Positions 30,868 through 40,618 of a stretch of 64,000 nt of DNA are shown here, piece by piece. The stretch comes from Perkinsela sp. CCAP 1560/9 (lineage: Eukaryota > Protista > Euglenozoa: Kinetoplastea), in the NCBI GenBank assembly GCA_965644495.1, contig CBFFSA010000006.1:434001-498000 (forward strand). The letters run 5' to 3'. Within the stretch, counting starts at the first letter, position 1. Each line of letters begins with the position of its first letter. Under the pieces are notes generated by a model. The model did not search any database. It was not told the DNA's origin and saw only the letters and a program-made list of their open reading frames with translations. A program made the position numbers and the translations under genes.

Positions 30868-31154
30868 AAATCCAAGATAGTAGTACAATCCCCAGATAAC
30901 CTGGGGGTCTAAAATCGTTTAGTTTTGTCTAAAGTCGTTTAGTTTTGTACGTATATTTCACACGTATGAACGATTCTGTAGTATGACTTCAGACTCTATC
31001 TTTCTATTCCGACCTCGAAAAAGATTATTGTATGTCCGAAGTAAACACACCACGTAGCATAGCAATATTATTCTCGAATATGATCTTGATGGCGCATAGT
31101 TAAGATATGAGTACACCTCGGAGATACTAAAGCTTTCATCCCGGCTATTGGATT

Positions 31155-34028
31155 ATGACAGTTAGTACACTCCTGATTTTCTTCGTTTTTTCTTCTTTTG
31201 GAAACAGTGCGCATAGAAAACCCTCACTGCCGCAATATCGCGCATTCTTCCTTCTAAGACGATTTTATGCTGGTGATGCTAATAAAACAGCGTGTGTTAC
31301 TATTTTCGAACAATCCTTAGACAAAACGGCAGATGTGGCGTATCCGCATTGCACTAGCACGCTTCCTTATGACACACAAGCCCTGGCAAAAGATGTAGAT
31401 ACGAATGAAAAAGATGCTCACAAATCTTTCAAGCAGGACCTTTTGTATTCGGGAAACGACGGTCGATTTCTGCGCGTGAAATCAGTTTCACAGCATACGG
31501 ATGACTACATTCTTTCCATGAACTATTCAATATCAATCTCCAGCATCGTATGTTCCCCTGACCACCGACATGCTATCATATACTTTAAAGAAAGTGAGGC
31601 GGCTTTTGATTTCTACGATCGAGCACGAGTCTCAGAAATAGTCACCTCACAAGATTCTTTCTTGGACGCATCGGGTACACCCTTAACAATCCGTCTGAAG
31701 GAAGTCAGAATGATTGATCCCATGACCATCAGTCTTTATGGTAGTACTACACAGGGCTTGGAGCTTTTTGAAGCGCTTCAACTAGAGTTGTCCACAAATG
31801 CTCTGACTGCTACAACAGAGGACGAAAATGTATACGATCCGCTCTTCTTTAAGTCAAAAACGACGTGTCAGATGAGGCAACATACTATGCAGAATAAAAC
31901 GGAGAAGTCAAAAGCATCAATGAAGATTCCTGAACTGTATGATGTCGAGGGTGAGAAAAAAGTTCTTTCTGAAATGAAATCTGAAGATGAGCACAACGAA
32001 CGTATACCATACAACAGTGTACTACAATGCATACAAGGCGTTTATGATGTTATTTTACAATTTTTGCGGAGCTTTCGAAATTTGGTTTCGTCTATCCTGC
32101 AGCGAGCAGAAAATCACAATCCCTTAAGTAATAACACCATTCCCGTCGAATCACATTCACGTCCACTGTCACCCATGATTTCACATTCTCGGAAATCTAT
32201 TAGCAGTAGCAGAGATTTTTCCGACTTACCAAGCGGTCAGTATTTAGATAGTGACTCTAATACACATCATTCAGATTACAACACGTTGTATAATCGTATA
32301 CGAAGAAACCACTGGAGCATTCTTCACTCTCCTGAAGGGCTTTCATACGGTTCCCAGTCTTATTCGGAGGAAGACAGTGAGGCCGATCAAAAAGATGGAA
32401 ATTTCTTTATGCCGCGCTTCAATCAAACATACCGGTGGCTATTCGGAAAAAGGCGCTTTTCAAGCGAGTGGAATATTCCTTTTTTTCCCACCAGTTTGTT
32501 GCAGCAGTTGCAGCACGAATTAGGGACTTCTTCTGATGACCTTTCATCAACGGAGCGCTTTGTAGACGGGTACTTTCGAAAGCCAGTACGTACCGTTCTG
32601 GAAGATATTTACGTCAATGCCAGTCTTCGCTTATCTCCCACGCTCACTTTTTCTGTTGATTACGAAAATAAGTTAAATGCCTTACGACTCACGGTCGAAA
32701 ACGATTATGAATATCGGAATGTTGGTCATTTAAAATTTCGGATGGACCGCGCATTACTCGGGCATTTTAAGTTTTCCCTTCCGCTGCTTCACTCGCACTT
32801 AGGGGGAATAACTTTCCTTGTGGGGTACGTTCCCCTTTCTATTTGTTTTGACACGAATCCTTCAGTTATGTTTTCTTTCTACGTTGGTTCTGATACTGAT
32901 GTTGACTTTCGAACGGTAACAACCGGAAAATATACTTGGGGATTCAACTGGAAACGAAAGGTCGATCAGTCTTCCCAATTCGTGGATATTGAGAGGTTTG
33001 CTTCTCATTCTAACCCACGTCACGTTCCATTCGGCTTTTCTCGCATTTTTCATTCCTGTCTTGTGAAACGTAGCAAATCGGAAGAGGAAGCCTCCGACGA
33101 TTTCGATTCTTATTTCGACACTTTTGAGCGTGCCGGATCACATGCCTTTCAAGTGAGTAAACTAGAGGAGTGTTCGCAGCTGTGCATTGCTAGGAATCGG
33201 AAGCAAAATCGTATTCTTCCTATGAGTTTTTCTAATAGTTCACTTGGTGGGCCGATCGCTGATAGTCCGCGACGTGATTCCTATGAGTGGGATGAGTTGT
33301 CGAATTCGTATTTTGGGGAAACCGACTCTCAATGCACATTTTTCCGTACTTTTCGTAAAGGAAAACATCTTTTTTGTGAATTGGGGAAGTCGTGCAGTCC
33401 AAGTCTTCTTGTCCACGAAGGCTACGATGAATTTTACAGATTCGACGCTGGAGACTACAAAGTGCGCCCCGCTGTTTCTTCAGATAGTAGATTGAATATT
33501 AGGTGGTTCTTTGAAGTCCCCTTCACAGCTATGTTTGCCGTTGGTCCTTGCCAACTCTCATCTCGGCTGGGAGGCCCGTATGTTGCATTGGAACTGGGAA
33601 CTGACACTCACACCACTCGCAAGATGAGTAAAGACAGGCAGAGACCCCTAGAACGGACGGAGCTACAAATTCACGTGAATTTTTATCTTTCTTTGTCTAT
33701 GGGATTGCGTTTCCTATTTTTGAATGCCCATATACTTTTTTTAGACTTCTCAGCTCTTCGCTTCAACTTAGCGACTACCAGAATCTTTTTGCATTATTCT
33801 CCATTGTATCTTCTAACCGTTACTTGGGACGGGGGAAACCGAAGCACTTGTCGCGAGTGGTTTCCGCAAATGAATGAGCAATTTTTCCCTGCAGCAACCG
33901 AATTGGAAGGTTTTGCTCTCATTACACCAGTTGACCCAGAAATTTCCCTGAGCGGGTTTTCCTGGTTACCTGAATTACCTGAAAATCCTGAATTACCGAG
34001 CCCTGGCAATGTATTTCCTATCAACTAG
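31155..34028 (+). CDS. Large secreted/surface hypothetical protein with a possible PAN/apple-like Cys module
   Basis: Signal peptide MTVSTLLIFFVFSSFGNSA; LEECSQLC...CTFF...CELGKSC. Confidence 0.7.
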   Translation: MTVSTLLIFFVFSSFGNSAHRKPSLPQYRAFFLLRRFYAGDANKTACVTIFEQSLDKTADVAYPHCTSTLPYDTQALAKDVDTNEKDAHKSFKQDLLYSGNDGRFLRVKSVSQHTDDYILSMNYSISISSIVCSPDHRHAIIYFKESEAAFDFYDRARVSEIVTSQDSFLDASGTPLTIRLKEVRMIDPMTISLYGSTTQGLELFEALQLELSTNALTATTEDENVYDPLFFKSKTTCQMRQHTMQNKTEKSKASMKIPELYDVEGEKKVLSEMKSEDEHNERIPYNSVLQCIQGVYDVILQFLRSFRNLVSSILQRAENHNPLSNNTIPVESHSRPLSPMISHSRKSISSSRDFSDLPSGQYLDSDSNTHHSDYNTLYNRIRRNHWSILHSPEGLSYGSQSYSEEDSEADQKDGNFFMPRFNQTYRWLFGKRRFSSEWNIPFFPTSLLQQLQHELGTSSDDLSSTERFVDGYFRKPVRTVLEDIYVNASLRLSPTLTFSVDYENKLNALRLTVENDYEYRNVGHLKFRMDRALLGHFKFSLPLLHSHLGGITFLVGYVPLSICFDTNPSVMFSFYVGSDTDVDFRTVTTGKYTWGFNWKRKVDQSSQFVDIERFASHSNPRHVPFGFSRIFHSCLVKRSKSEEEASDDFDSYFDTFERAGSHAFQVSKLEECSQLCIARNRKQNRILPMSFSNSSLGGPIADSPRRDSYEWDELSNSYFGETDSQCTFFRTFRKGKHLFCELGKSCSPSLLVHEGYDEFYRFDAGDYKVRPAVSSDSRLNIRWFFEVPFTAMFAVGPCQLSSRLGGPYVALELGTDTHTTRKMSKDRQRPLERTELQIHVNFYLSLSMGLRFLFLNAHILFLDFSALRFNLATTRIFLHYSPLYLLTVTWDGGNRSTCREWFPQMNEQFFPAATELEGFALITPVDPEISLSGFSWLPELPENPELPSPGNVFPIN

Positions 34029-34471
34029 AGTAGTAATTTGGTCTAGATTAGAAAATCAATGCAAAAATACAGAGAGACCTCCACATTGATTTATTGTGGC
34101 TAAGATATGCGCACAACCCCTTTACCCCATCAATTTGGTAATACTCAGATACTTCGTTGCTCATTCCGGGAACTAGTGTCCTGTAGTAGCAACACTTGAT
34201 CTTGAACTACTGTATAGATTTCCTGTGTTGATCAAGTGTATCTTCTTTCTAAAACAAATCTTCTTTCTATACCGAAAGATCCCGCTTTTTGTTTATATGG
34301 CTGCTAATTAGTAGTACTAAATATAGTACAGCTAAATATACAATACATAGTACTACTGTAGTACTATCTTTAATACTGCAGTCTACAGTATATGTATTTA
34401 ACATGTCTACCTTTTTCCACTTTAAATTTCTTCGGTTTACACACTTTGGTTTGCACTTTCGTCCACATTTG

Positions 34472-34963
34472 ATGTACTTCAAATTAGTGTTAACACAAAC
34501 TGTTGCTGTTCCTCCGGTACACTTCGGTCCTACGTTATACGAAAGTATTCGAAGATTACTGTGCACCGCAGTTGAGGGTCACGTTGAGCTAGAGCATGAG
34601 TCTTTCGTCATAGCTGTCCTCGATATTAAATCAATGACTCCGGGAAAGCTCATGGATTTTGGTGATGCACTTTTTTCTGTACAGTACGAGGCATTAGTTC
34701 AGAGGCACTTTCCTGGTGAGGTTGTTGAAGGTTGGGTTTCTCGAATCATCCCTCCTTCCTCTGTAAGTTTTCGAGTGGGCGCGCTCACTGCACACACTTA
34801 TATTGCTGCTACGAATCAGTCGTATCGTTACGATGGAGATATAAACGGCTTTGTTAATGCTTTGGGCACAACTGCACTAAAGGAAGGATCTGTATGTCCT
34901 ATACGTATCACAGGCTCACTGATTCCAGGAAATACAATCAAACTCAGTGCAGACGTTTGTTGA
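34472..34963 (+). CDS. RPB7: RNA polymerase II subunit RPB7 (RPB7/RPC25 family)
   Basis: MYFKLVL..VPPVHFGPTL..AVEG..VIAV..YEALV..FPGEVVEG; homology begins at ATG 34472. Confidence 0.85.
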   Translation: MYFKLVLTQTVAVPPVHFGPTLYESIRRLLCTAVEGHVELEHESFVIAVLDIKSMTPGKLMDFGDALFSVQYEALVQRHFPGEVVEGWVSRIIPPSSVSFRVGALTAHTYIAATNQSYRYDGDINGFVNALGTTALKEGSVCPIRITGSLIPGNTIKLSADVC

Positions 34964-35234
34964 TGTATCCCACTTCGTAACCACTAGTCTTGAAATAATA
35001 TAAGAATAAAATGGGGCTAATATGGGTTAATAACGGGGAAATATGGCACGATCTGTATTACGAATATCATTCTGATATTCCTCGCGTATTTATGCATAAA
35101 ACATAAACAATTTTAAAACATAAACATTTTCTTGCGCGGCTTGGTAATTTATTTCTATTGTTCTTATATCAGAGATTGCGTTTCAAAATCATGTTGTATC
35201 CTTATGCTTCTATATTTTTAAAAACAGCGTGACT

Positions 35235-36539
35235 ATGCCTGGCGGAGGTCACCAGAGAGAACAGTTTGACTACATACTGGGAAAAATATCTGAGGCTATC
35301 CAGCAGCGTGATGGGAAGGAACTAACTGTTTTTCTTGGTATGTTTAAGTCATTGCTGGGTCTTTTCGTCTCTCAGTCTGAGAAAATAATAAAACGTACGT
35401 GTGAAAACGATAGGCGAAAAGTCATCAATGGTTTCGACAAACAGAAAAATCTTGGAACATCCGATAGAGACCAATGGCGGGAATTTTTGTTATCCTTTGT
35501 GTACGTATTCCGACGTCTAAATTTCTCACATGTCGACGATTTTAAAAATATGTATAAGTTATTTCACTTGTATCAGATTGTTTTTCGGTTTACCGTTTCC
35601 ACAGATACGAATCGCATTCCACCAGCGTGTGCGACTTATTGGTGTCTTCCCCCATTGGTGTATCTTCTCGATTTCGTATACAACAGCGCAGTTCAGGTAG
35701 GATGTTCGGCTGATATGGAAACTGTGCAAAACTTTGCGCGAGAAGCCCGTCAGCTTATTTTGTTTTGTCAAAAGATCACTCTAATTGAAAAAGCAGTGCC
35801 CCCTCTAGTAAATACTATGTTGAGTGTATTTTTAGCTTCCTTTAATCTTGAACAGTGCCGTGCACTGCTCGTTGGCATCGCAACCATGGAGAGGCAGGGA
35901 TTTTCGCTGCGCGCGGTATCGGATGATAGTCAGCGTGTCGCGTATGATTTTTACCTCGGTAGAATGCGTTTGTATGAGACCAACTTTGTGGGAGCTGCGA
36001 CATCACTTTACTCCGCATTCGTGGCAATACAAAACACAAGCGAGAAACACATCAACAGTTCTCTTGTACTTTATTATCTAACAGTGGCCCAGCTTTGCAA
36101 TGGAGTTTTAACTCCTGCGCATCTCTTGCAAAAATACGCATTGCTGGATCTTTTGACCTTTGTAAAAGCTCTTAGAAGTGCAAATTACTCAGACTTTGAA
36201 ACATGTTTGCTGATAAATCAGGCACAGCTTCGTGAAAAGGGTATATATGCCTTGCTCTACCATATGCTATCATCTTTACATGTCGTTATGCTTCGAAGAG
36301 TGCATTATGTGCATATTAAAATAGGCCTTGATCCAAGTCGCATAAGACTAGAGTATATCGCACGTATGATGATACTACTTGGAACTTCAGAATCCGAAAC
36401 CACTGAGGAAGCAGTATTTAGTCTTCTTTCTCCTCTGGTCAGCTCTGGTTTGATTAAAGGGTATATTTCACAAGAACATAAGATTTTGGTCCTTAGCAAG
36501 ACGAATCCGTTTCCTTCTAGATTGGCTTTGTTGGAATAA
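35235..36539 (+). CDS. PCID2: PCI-domain protein PCID2/Thp1/Csn12-like
   Basis: YDFYLGR, LIKGYISQEHKILVLSKTNPFP C-terminus. Confidence 0.8.
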   Translation: MPGGGHQREQFDYILGKISEAIQQRDGKELTVFLGMFKSLLGLFVSQSEKIIKRTCENDRRKVINGFDKQKNLGTSDRDQWREFLLSFVYVFRRLNFSHVDDFKNMYKLFHLYQIVFRFTVSTDTNRIPPACATYWCLPPLVYLLDFVYNSAVQVGCSADMETVQNFAREARQLILFCQKITLIEKAVPPLVNTMLSVFLASFNLEQCRALLVGIATMERQGFSLRAVSDDSQRVAYDFYLGRMRLYETNFVGAATSLYSAFVAIQNTSEKHINSSLVLYYLTVAQLCNGVLTPAHLLQKYALLDLLTFVKALRSANYSDFETCLLINQAQLREKGIYALLYHMLSSLHVVMLRRVHYVHIKIGLDPSRIRLEYIARMMILLGTSESETTEEAVFSLLSPLVSSGLIKGYISQEHKILVLSKTNPFPSRLALLE

Positions 36540-36612
36540 TCTTGCATAGATCAGCATAAATCTAGTTATTAACGATACGAATAGCTGACGCTTCATTTCG
36601 TAGATTTTTTAC

Positions 36613-36706
36613 AATCCTACATACTGTACATCATAGCTGCAGGATTATTAATAATTCTGTTCGGTAATAATAATTATTATTAATAAATTATTAATAAATT
36701 ATTATT
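36613..36706. repeat. AT-rich low-complexity flank (left arm of an imperfect inverted repeat)
   Basis: AATCCTACATACTGTACATCATAGCTG plus ATTATTAATAAT units; mirrored at 37111-37238. Confidence 0.6.
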
Positions 36707-36769
36707 GGGCTTTTGCACTCAGATTTCTCGCTCTTAATTTTGTATCAAACAATATTTTCATGCCAAAAA

Positions 36770-37110
36770 GGAGCATTGATGGGGATCTCCTTATGGAGTC
36801 GATGCTGATGCTTCGAGCATCATTATATGCACCTCAACCTACGCGGGAAGTAGGAGCCTACACCTAACGCAGGTAAGGGGGCTGTACCAACAACAACTCC
36901 TTATGGGGTGCTGATATCGAGGGCCGGGAAATGCCAAACTCTGTATGTGTATGATGTGTTGCAACGAAAATGAGCTTTCTGGATCTCTTCGCGGTCTTCC
37001 CTGGTGCTGCCATCATACTGCTGCAATTGAAGCAGACCACATATAGGGGCTCCTCCACATGCGAGGGGCTCTTCATGTGTCACTCGCAGCCCCTCGTGTA
37101 AATGCATATT
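36770..37110 (+). ncRNA. Candidate structured non-coding RNA, family unassigned
   Basis: GC-richer island with no credible ORF; several stems that need G-U pairs on the + strand. Confidence 0.3.
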
Positions 37111-37238
37111 GAATTATTAATAATATTAATAATTTTATTTTTTGAATAATAAGAATTATTAATAATTATTATTACAAAATTTACAAAATAATTATTATTA
37201 CAGCTATGCTGTATATGTATGATACTGTATGTATGATT
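37111..37238. repeat. AT-rich low-complexity flank (right arm of an imperfect inverted repeat)
   Basis: GAATTATTAATAAT and AATAATTATTATTAC units, then CAGCTATG...GTATGTATGATT. Confidence 0.6.
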
Positions 37239-37347
37239 TCTACTATACTACTCTGTATAATTCTTTTTAACTCACCGATTTCAACTTTTTTCAACTTTCA
37301 CAAGAAAAGCGTTTCATTTTCCTAGTCCTGCAACACTTTTTTCGTCC

Positions 37348-38295
37348 ATGTTCTTGACCTCCGCACTCCGCCTGGCAGGCTCCATGTCCTCCATGCTTCG
37401 AACCGTTAAAGACAACTACTCCCGCAACACGTTACACGAACTCTCGGATGAGATACTCCTCGCGTACGGTAGAATGCGACACCTCCCTCTTGTGGGCTCT
37501 CGCGAAGATCTCCTGCGACGGTTCTACCAATACATCTATCGCAAGGACTGTCACGAGCGGGTCCAGATGGTGTGCTACGACTTGGAGTTTACCGGGACTC
37601 CACGTTGGACAGCGCAGCGCGACCTTTACATTCCTGATCAGGAGATGGTGGAAATTGCGGCCTACCACCCAGCATCGGAGAAAACTTTCTCGCGACTTGT
37701 TCGCCCCGTACAGTACGCGTTAAGTGAGGAAGCAGCGCAGCTCACGGGACTCACACAGGAGCAATTGCAAAGGGATGGGGTCCCGGTAGGGCAGGTGCTG
37801 GAGTCATTCTTTGCGTGGATATCGAATTGTACGCAACAAACGGCTGAAGAGTCGAAAGAGAACGCTTCTTCTTCTGCTCACAATTTAGTTCCAGACGCGA
37901 ATGATTGTAATTCACAAGCGTTAGCTAGGAGGGGCAGTGTTATGCTCATATCTCACGGTGGTCTACTTCATGACGCCCGCATGATCCGACACTATTCGAC
38001 ACAATCATCTCTTTCTATTCCTTCCTACTTGTACTTTGCAGATTCTTACAAATTACTGCGAGAGTGTACGCGTAATAAAGGCTCTGATTTGACGAGTCTA
38101 AAACTCGAAGCTCTGCTCAATCAATTTGAAATAATTCCTCTGGAGCAACACCATCGAGCTCTAAGTGATGCCATCGGAACATGGAAAGTCTTGCAAGCCG
38201 CAATATTGCAATATGGCACAAAGTACTTTACTCCTTCACAAGAAATTGCCAGGAAATACATGAGTTGGAAGAGAGGTGACGGTTCGAAAAAGTAA
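37348..38295 (+). CDS. DEDDh (DnaQ/RNase T-like) 3'-5' exonuclease, possibly mitochondrial
   Basis: ExoI YDLEFTG, ExoII SHGGLLHD, ExoIII HRALSDA; presequence-like MFLTSALRLA. Confidence 0.88.
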   Translation: MFLTSALRLAGSMSSMLRTVKDNYSRNTLHELSDEILLAYGRMRHLPLVGSREDLLRRFYQYIYRKDCHERVQMVCYDLEFTGTPRWTAQRDLYIPDQEMVEIAAYHPASEKTFSRLVRPVQYALSEEAAQLTGLTQEQLQRDGVPVGQVLESFFAWISNCTQQTAEESKENASSSAHNLVPDANDCNSQALARRGSVMLISHGGLLHDARMIRHYSTQSSLSIPSYLYFADSYKLLRECTRNKGSDLTSLKLEALLNQFEIIPLEQHHRALSDAIGTWKVLQAAILQYGTKYFTPSQEIARKYMSWKRGDGSKK

Positions 38296-38480
38296 TCACC
38301 ATTTTTAGTAATCAGGCAGTTTTCAGACTCGTAAATGAGTGAAATAAAAATTGAATTCTTTTAATTACAGTACTAAAATTATTTATCTCGATTTCATAGC
38401 TTTACACATTAAGCTTTAAACCCTAAGCCTTAAAATATATTTTTTGACAATATCAGATAGTTTTAAACACGGTGTTTTTA

Positions 38481-38960
38481 ATGTGTTCACAGGTAAATGA
38501 CGTTTCGTCCATCTTTTCTTGCTTAAGGCGTAGAGGCCCACAGGCATATTTGAAATCCGAATCGTCAGCTAAGGTAGCTGAACGCAATGTTGGCAGGCTC
38601 AAAAAGAAGCCAAAACCACGTAAGAACAAGCCCAATGATAAAGAAATCACATTGATCTCACGTACAGGCATTGAATCAGAGTCAAAAGAACATGAAGCAG
38701 ATGCTACTACCAAAAAACAAGGAAAATCTGTCGCAGCGCCTTCTAGATTAAAGCAGTTTTCTCACATTCCGAATGTTTTCGGTGTGGATGACGAAGAATT
38801 TTTTGATGTAAAAGGGGAAAAACGAAACTCGGCAAGAAGATTTGCGGAAGGTTACGCTATTTATACAGAGGACGAAATACAAAACCAAGTTTCTAAAAAG
38901 AAACTTCGGGTTTCAGGAACTACCGATTTATGTCCTTTCGACTGTGATTGTTGCTTTTAA
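38481..38960 (+). CDS. DUF1764-family protein
   Basis: Lys-rich N-terminus; C-terminal EGYAIYTEDE...GTTDLCPFDCDCCF. Confidence 0.85.
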   Translation: MCSQVNDVSSIFSCLRRRGPQAYLKSESSAKVAERNVGRLKKKPKPRKNKPNDKEITLISRTGIESESKEHEADATTKKQGKSVAAPSRLKQFSHIPNVFGVDDEEFFDVKGEKRNSARRFAEGYAIYTEDEIQNQVSKKKLRVSGTTDLCPFDCDCCF

Positions 38961-39122
38961 AGCTTTGTATCGTCGGGAGGCAGGTAGCGAAATGGGAATT
39001 CTTCCTTTTACTATTTTTCAATAAACTAAGCCATTTAATCGGCCAGATTTGCGTCCGATTTAGTAAATAGGAATATTCTTTTTATTAATTTTTTGAAAGC
39101 CATACCTTCAATACAATTGTGC

Positions 39123-40289
39123 ATGTCAGCAAAGACGTACTGCTGGACACGTCCTGACGACCCAGAACCATTGTTCTCCAGTGAACCACCTCCTGCCGCA
39201 AGCGATGGATCTACACGGGTATGGGTGGATGGATGCTTTGATTTAATGCATTTTGGGCATTTCAACATACTGCGACAGGCTCGATCATTGGGTCATGTTG
39301 TATTCGCAGGTATACACTCCTCAGCTGAGATCGAGCACCACAAGGGCGCTGCTCCCGTGTACAATGATAAGGAAAGAGCAATTTTGGCTCGCGGTTGTCG
39401 ATGGGTGGATTACGTGCTAGAGAATGCTCCTTATGTCACTCGCTTGCGTCATATGCAACAACTTAACATCGACGTTGTAGTTCACGGAGATGACGTATCG
39501 TTCGATGCGGACGGAGATAACTCGTACAAAGAAATTTTATCAATGGGTAAGATGCGAATCGCCCGGAGAACTCTGGGAATTAGCACAACTGACATAATCG
39601 ATCGTATTCTATTCTCGGTGCCTTCGCTAGATCAGGATGAAGAAGGTTCTGAGCCGTATCGGGCAGCGAAAAAAATAGCGAAGTGCAAGTCACAATATCC
39701 AGTTCTTCAAGAAACTGTAGATAACAAGTCCACAGTATGTGCACCTGAACCTGAAACTGGTCTTTGCACTATTCGGGAAAGTCTTCCGTATGTTCTTTTC
39801 TCTGAACAAGTTATTCAATGGAGTGGAGTTCATTCTTCATGTTTTCCGACATGTCAAAAAGTGATTTACATTCACGGCGTATTTGATTTATTTCACGCTG
39901 GACACGTATCCTTTCTTAACGTCGCACGTGGGTACGGAAATTACCTTGTAATAGGTCTTGTTGTGAAGGATGGAGAAATTCCTATTCCATGTCTCAATCT
40001 CACGGAGCGATCCCTGGCGCTAATGTCCTGTAGATACGTTGATTATGTGATTCAGGATGTTCCTGATGAAATTCCGTTAAGTTTTATTAACTATCTTCGC
40101 GCTTCGGGAGTGGATGTAGCTGTGGACATAAGAAAAATATTCAGCACACGGAACAACAATCTATTTAAAAACTACGGATTATATAGAAATATTGGGTGTG
40201 ATGACGTGGTTGATCGAGAAAATATCCTGAATAGAGTGCGATCGAATAACGCTACTTATCTAACCCGAAACGAGAGACGCAGGCCCTAG
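39123..40289 (+). CDS. PCYT2: Ethanolamine-phosphate cytidylyltransferase
   Basis: Two CT domains: WVDGCFDLMHFGH, RTLGISTTDII, IHGVFDLFHAGH. Confidence 0.93.
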   Translation: MSAKTYCWTRPDDPEPLFSSEPPPAASDGSTRVWVDGCFDLMHFGHFNILRQARSLGHVVFAGIHSSAEIEHHKGAAPVYNDKERAILARGCRWVDYVLENAPYVTRLRHMQQLNIDVVVHGDDVSFDADGDNSYKEILSMGKMRIARRTLGISTTDIIDRILFSVPSLDQDEEGSEPYRAAKKIAKCKSQYPVLQETVDNKSTVCAPEPETGLCTIRESLPYVLFSEQVIQWSGVHSSCFPTCQKVIYIHGVFDLFHAGHVSFLNVARGYGNYLVIGLVVKDGEIPIPCLNLTERSLALMSCRYVDYVIQDVPDEIPLSFINYLRASGVDVAVDIRKIFSTRNNNLFKNYGLYRNIGCDDVVDRENILNRVRSNNATYLTRNERRRP

Positions 40290-40380
40290 AATCATTATTT
40301 ATGATTCGCCATGATGTTTCGTTGCGGGTTCGGCGATGCACACTCGAAGTCCCTCTTGTACCATGATGTAGTGCAACATA

Positions 40381-40443
40381 AGATACTGTACTGTATGTAC
40401 TGTACTGCACGTACTGTACTGCAAGATACTGTACTGTATGTAC
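40381..40443. repeat. TACTG-based microsatellite with duplicated AGATACTGTACTGTATGTAC
   Basis: Read directly. Confidence 0.85.
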
Positions 40444-40618
40444 AATATGTATAAGATAATAAATTTATAAGATACATGTATGGTGTATAGAGATATTACA
40501 ACAAAGACTTTTGGCTACTTGGAAGAATTTGTGCGTGATTCAACTTTATGGACTTACTTTTACACATACTTGTTCCACTGGGGCAAATGTTTTAGTCTCT
40601 CTCTAGCCTACAACTACT

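Noticed and set aside
34230-34245. GATCAAGTGTA resembling U2 snRNA
   Set aside because: Flanking U2 stem and branch-recognition context absent; explained as one arm of a local inverted repeat
34289-34471. N-terminal extension of RPB7 in the ORF track
   Set aside because: TTG start through low-complexity spacer; homology begins at ATG 34472
36760-37046. Possible selenoprotein frame (..MGC-TGA-YRGPG..) and 35-43 aa ORFs in the island
   Set aside because: No recognisable selenoprotein family and no SECIS AUGA/AA/GA core visible downstream
37037-37075. ACA..GGGGCTC resembling RNase MRP CR-V
   Set aside because: No matching GAAAGUCCCC-type CR-I partner found, so not assigned
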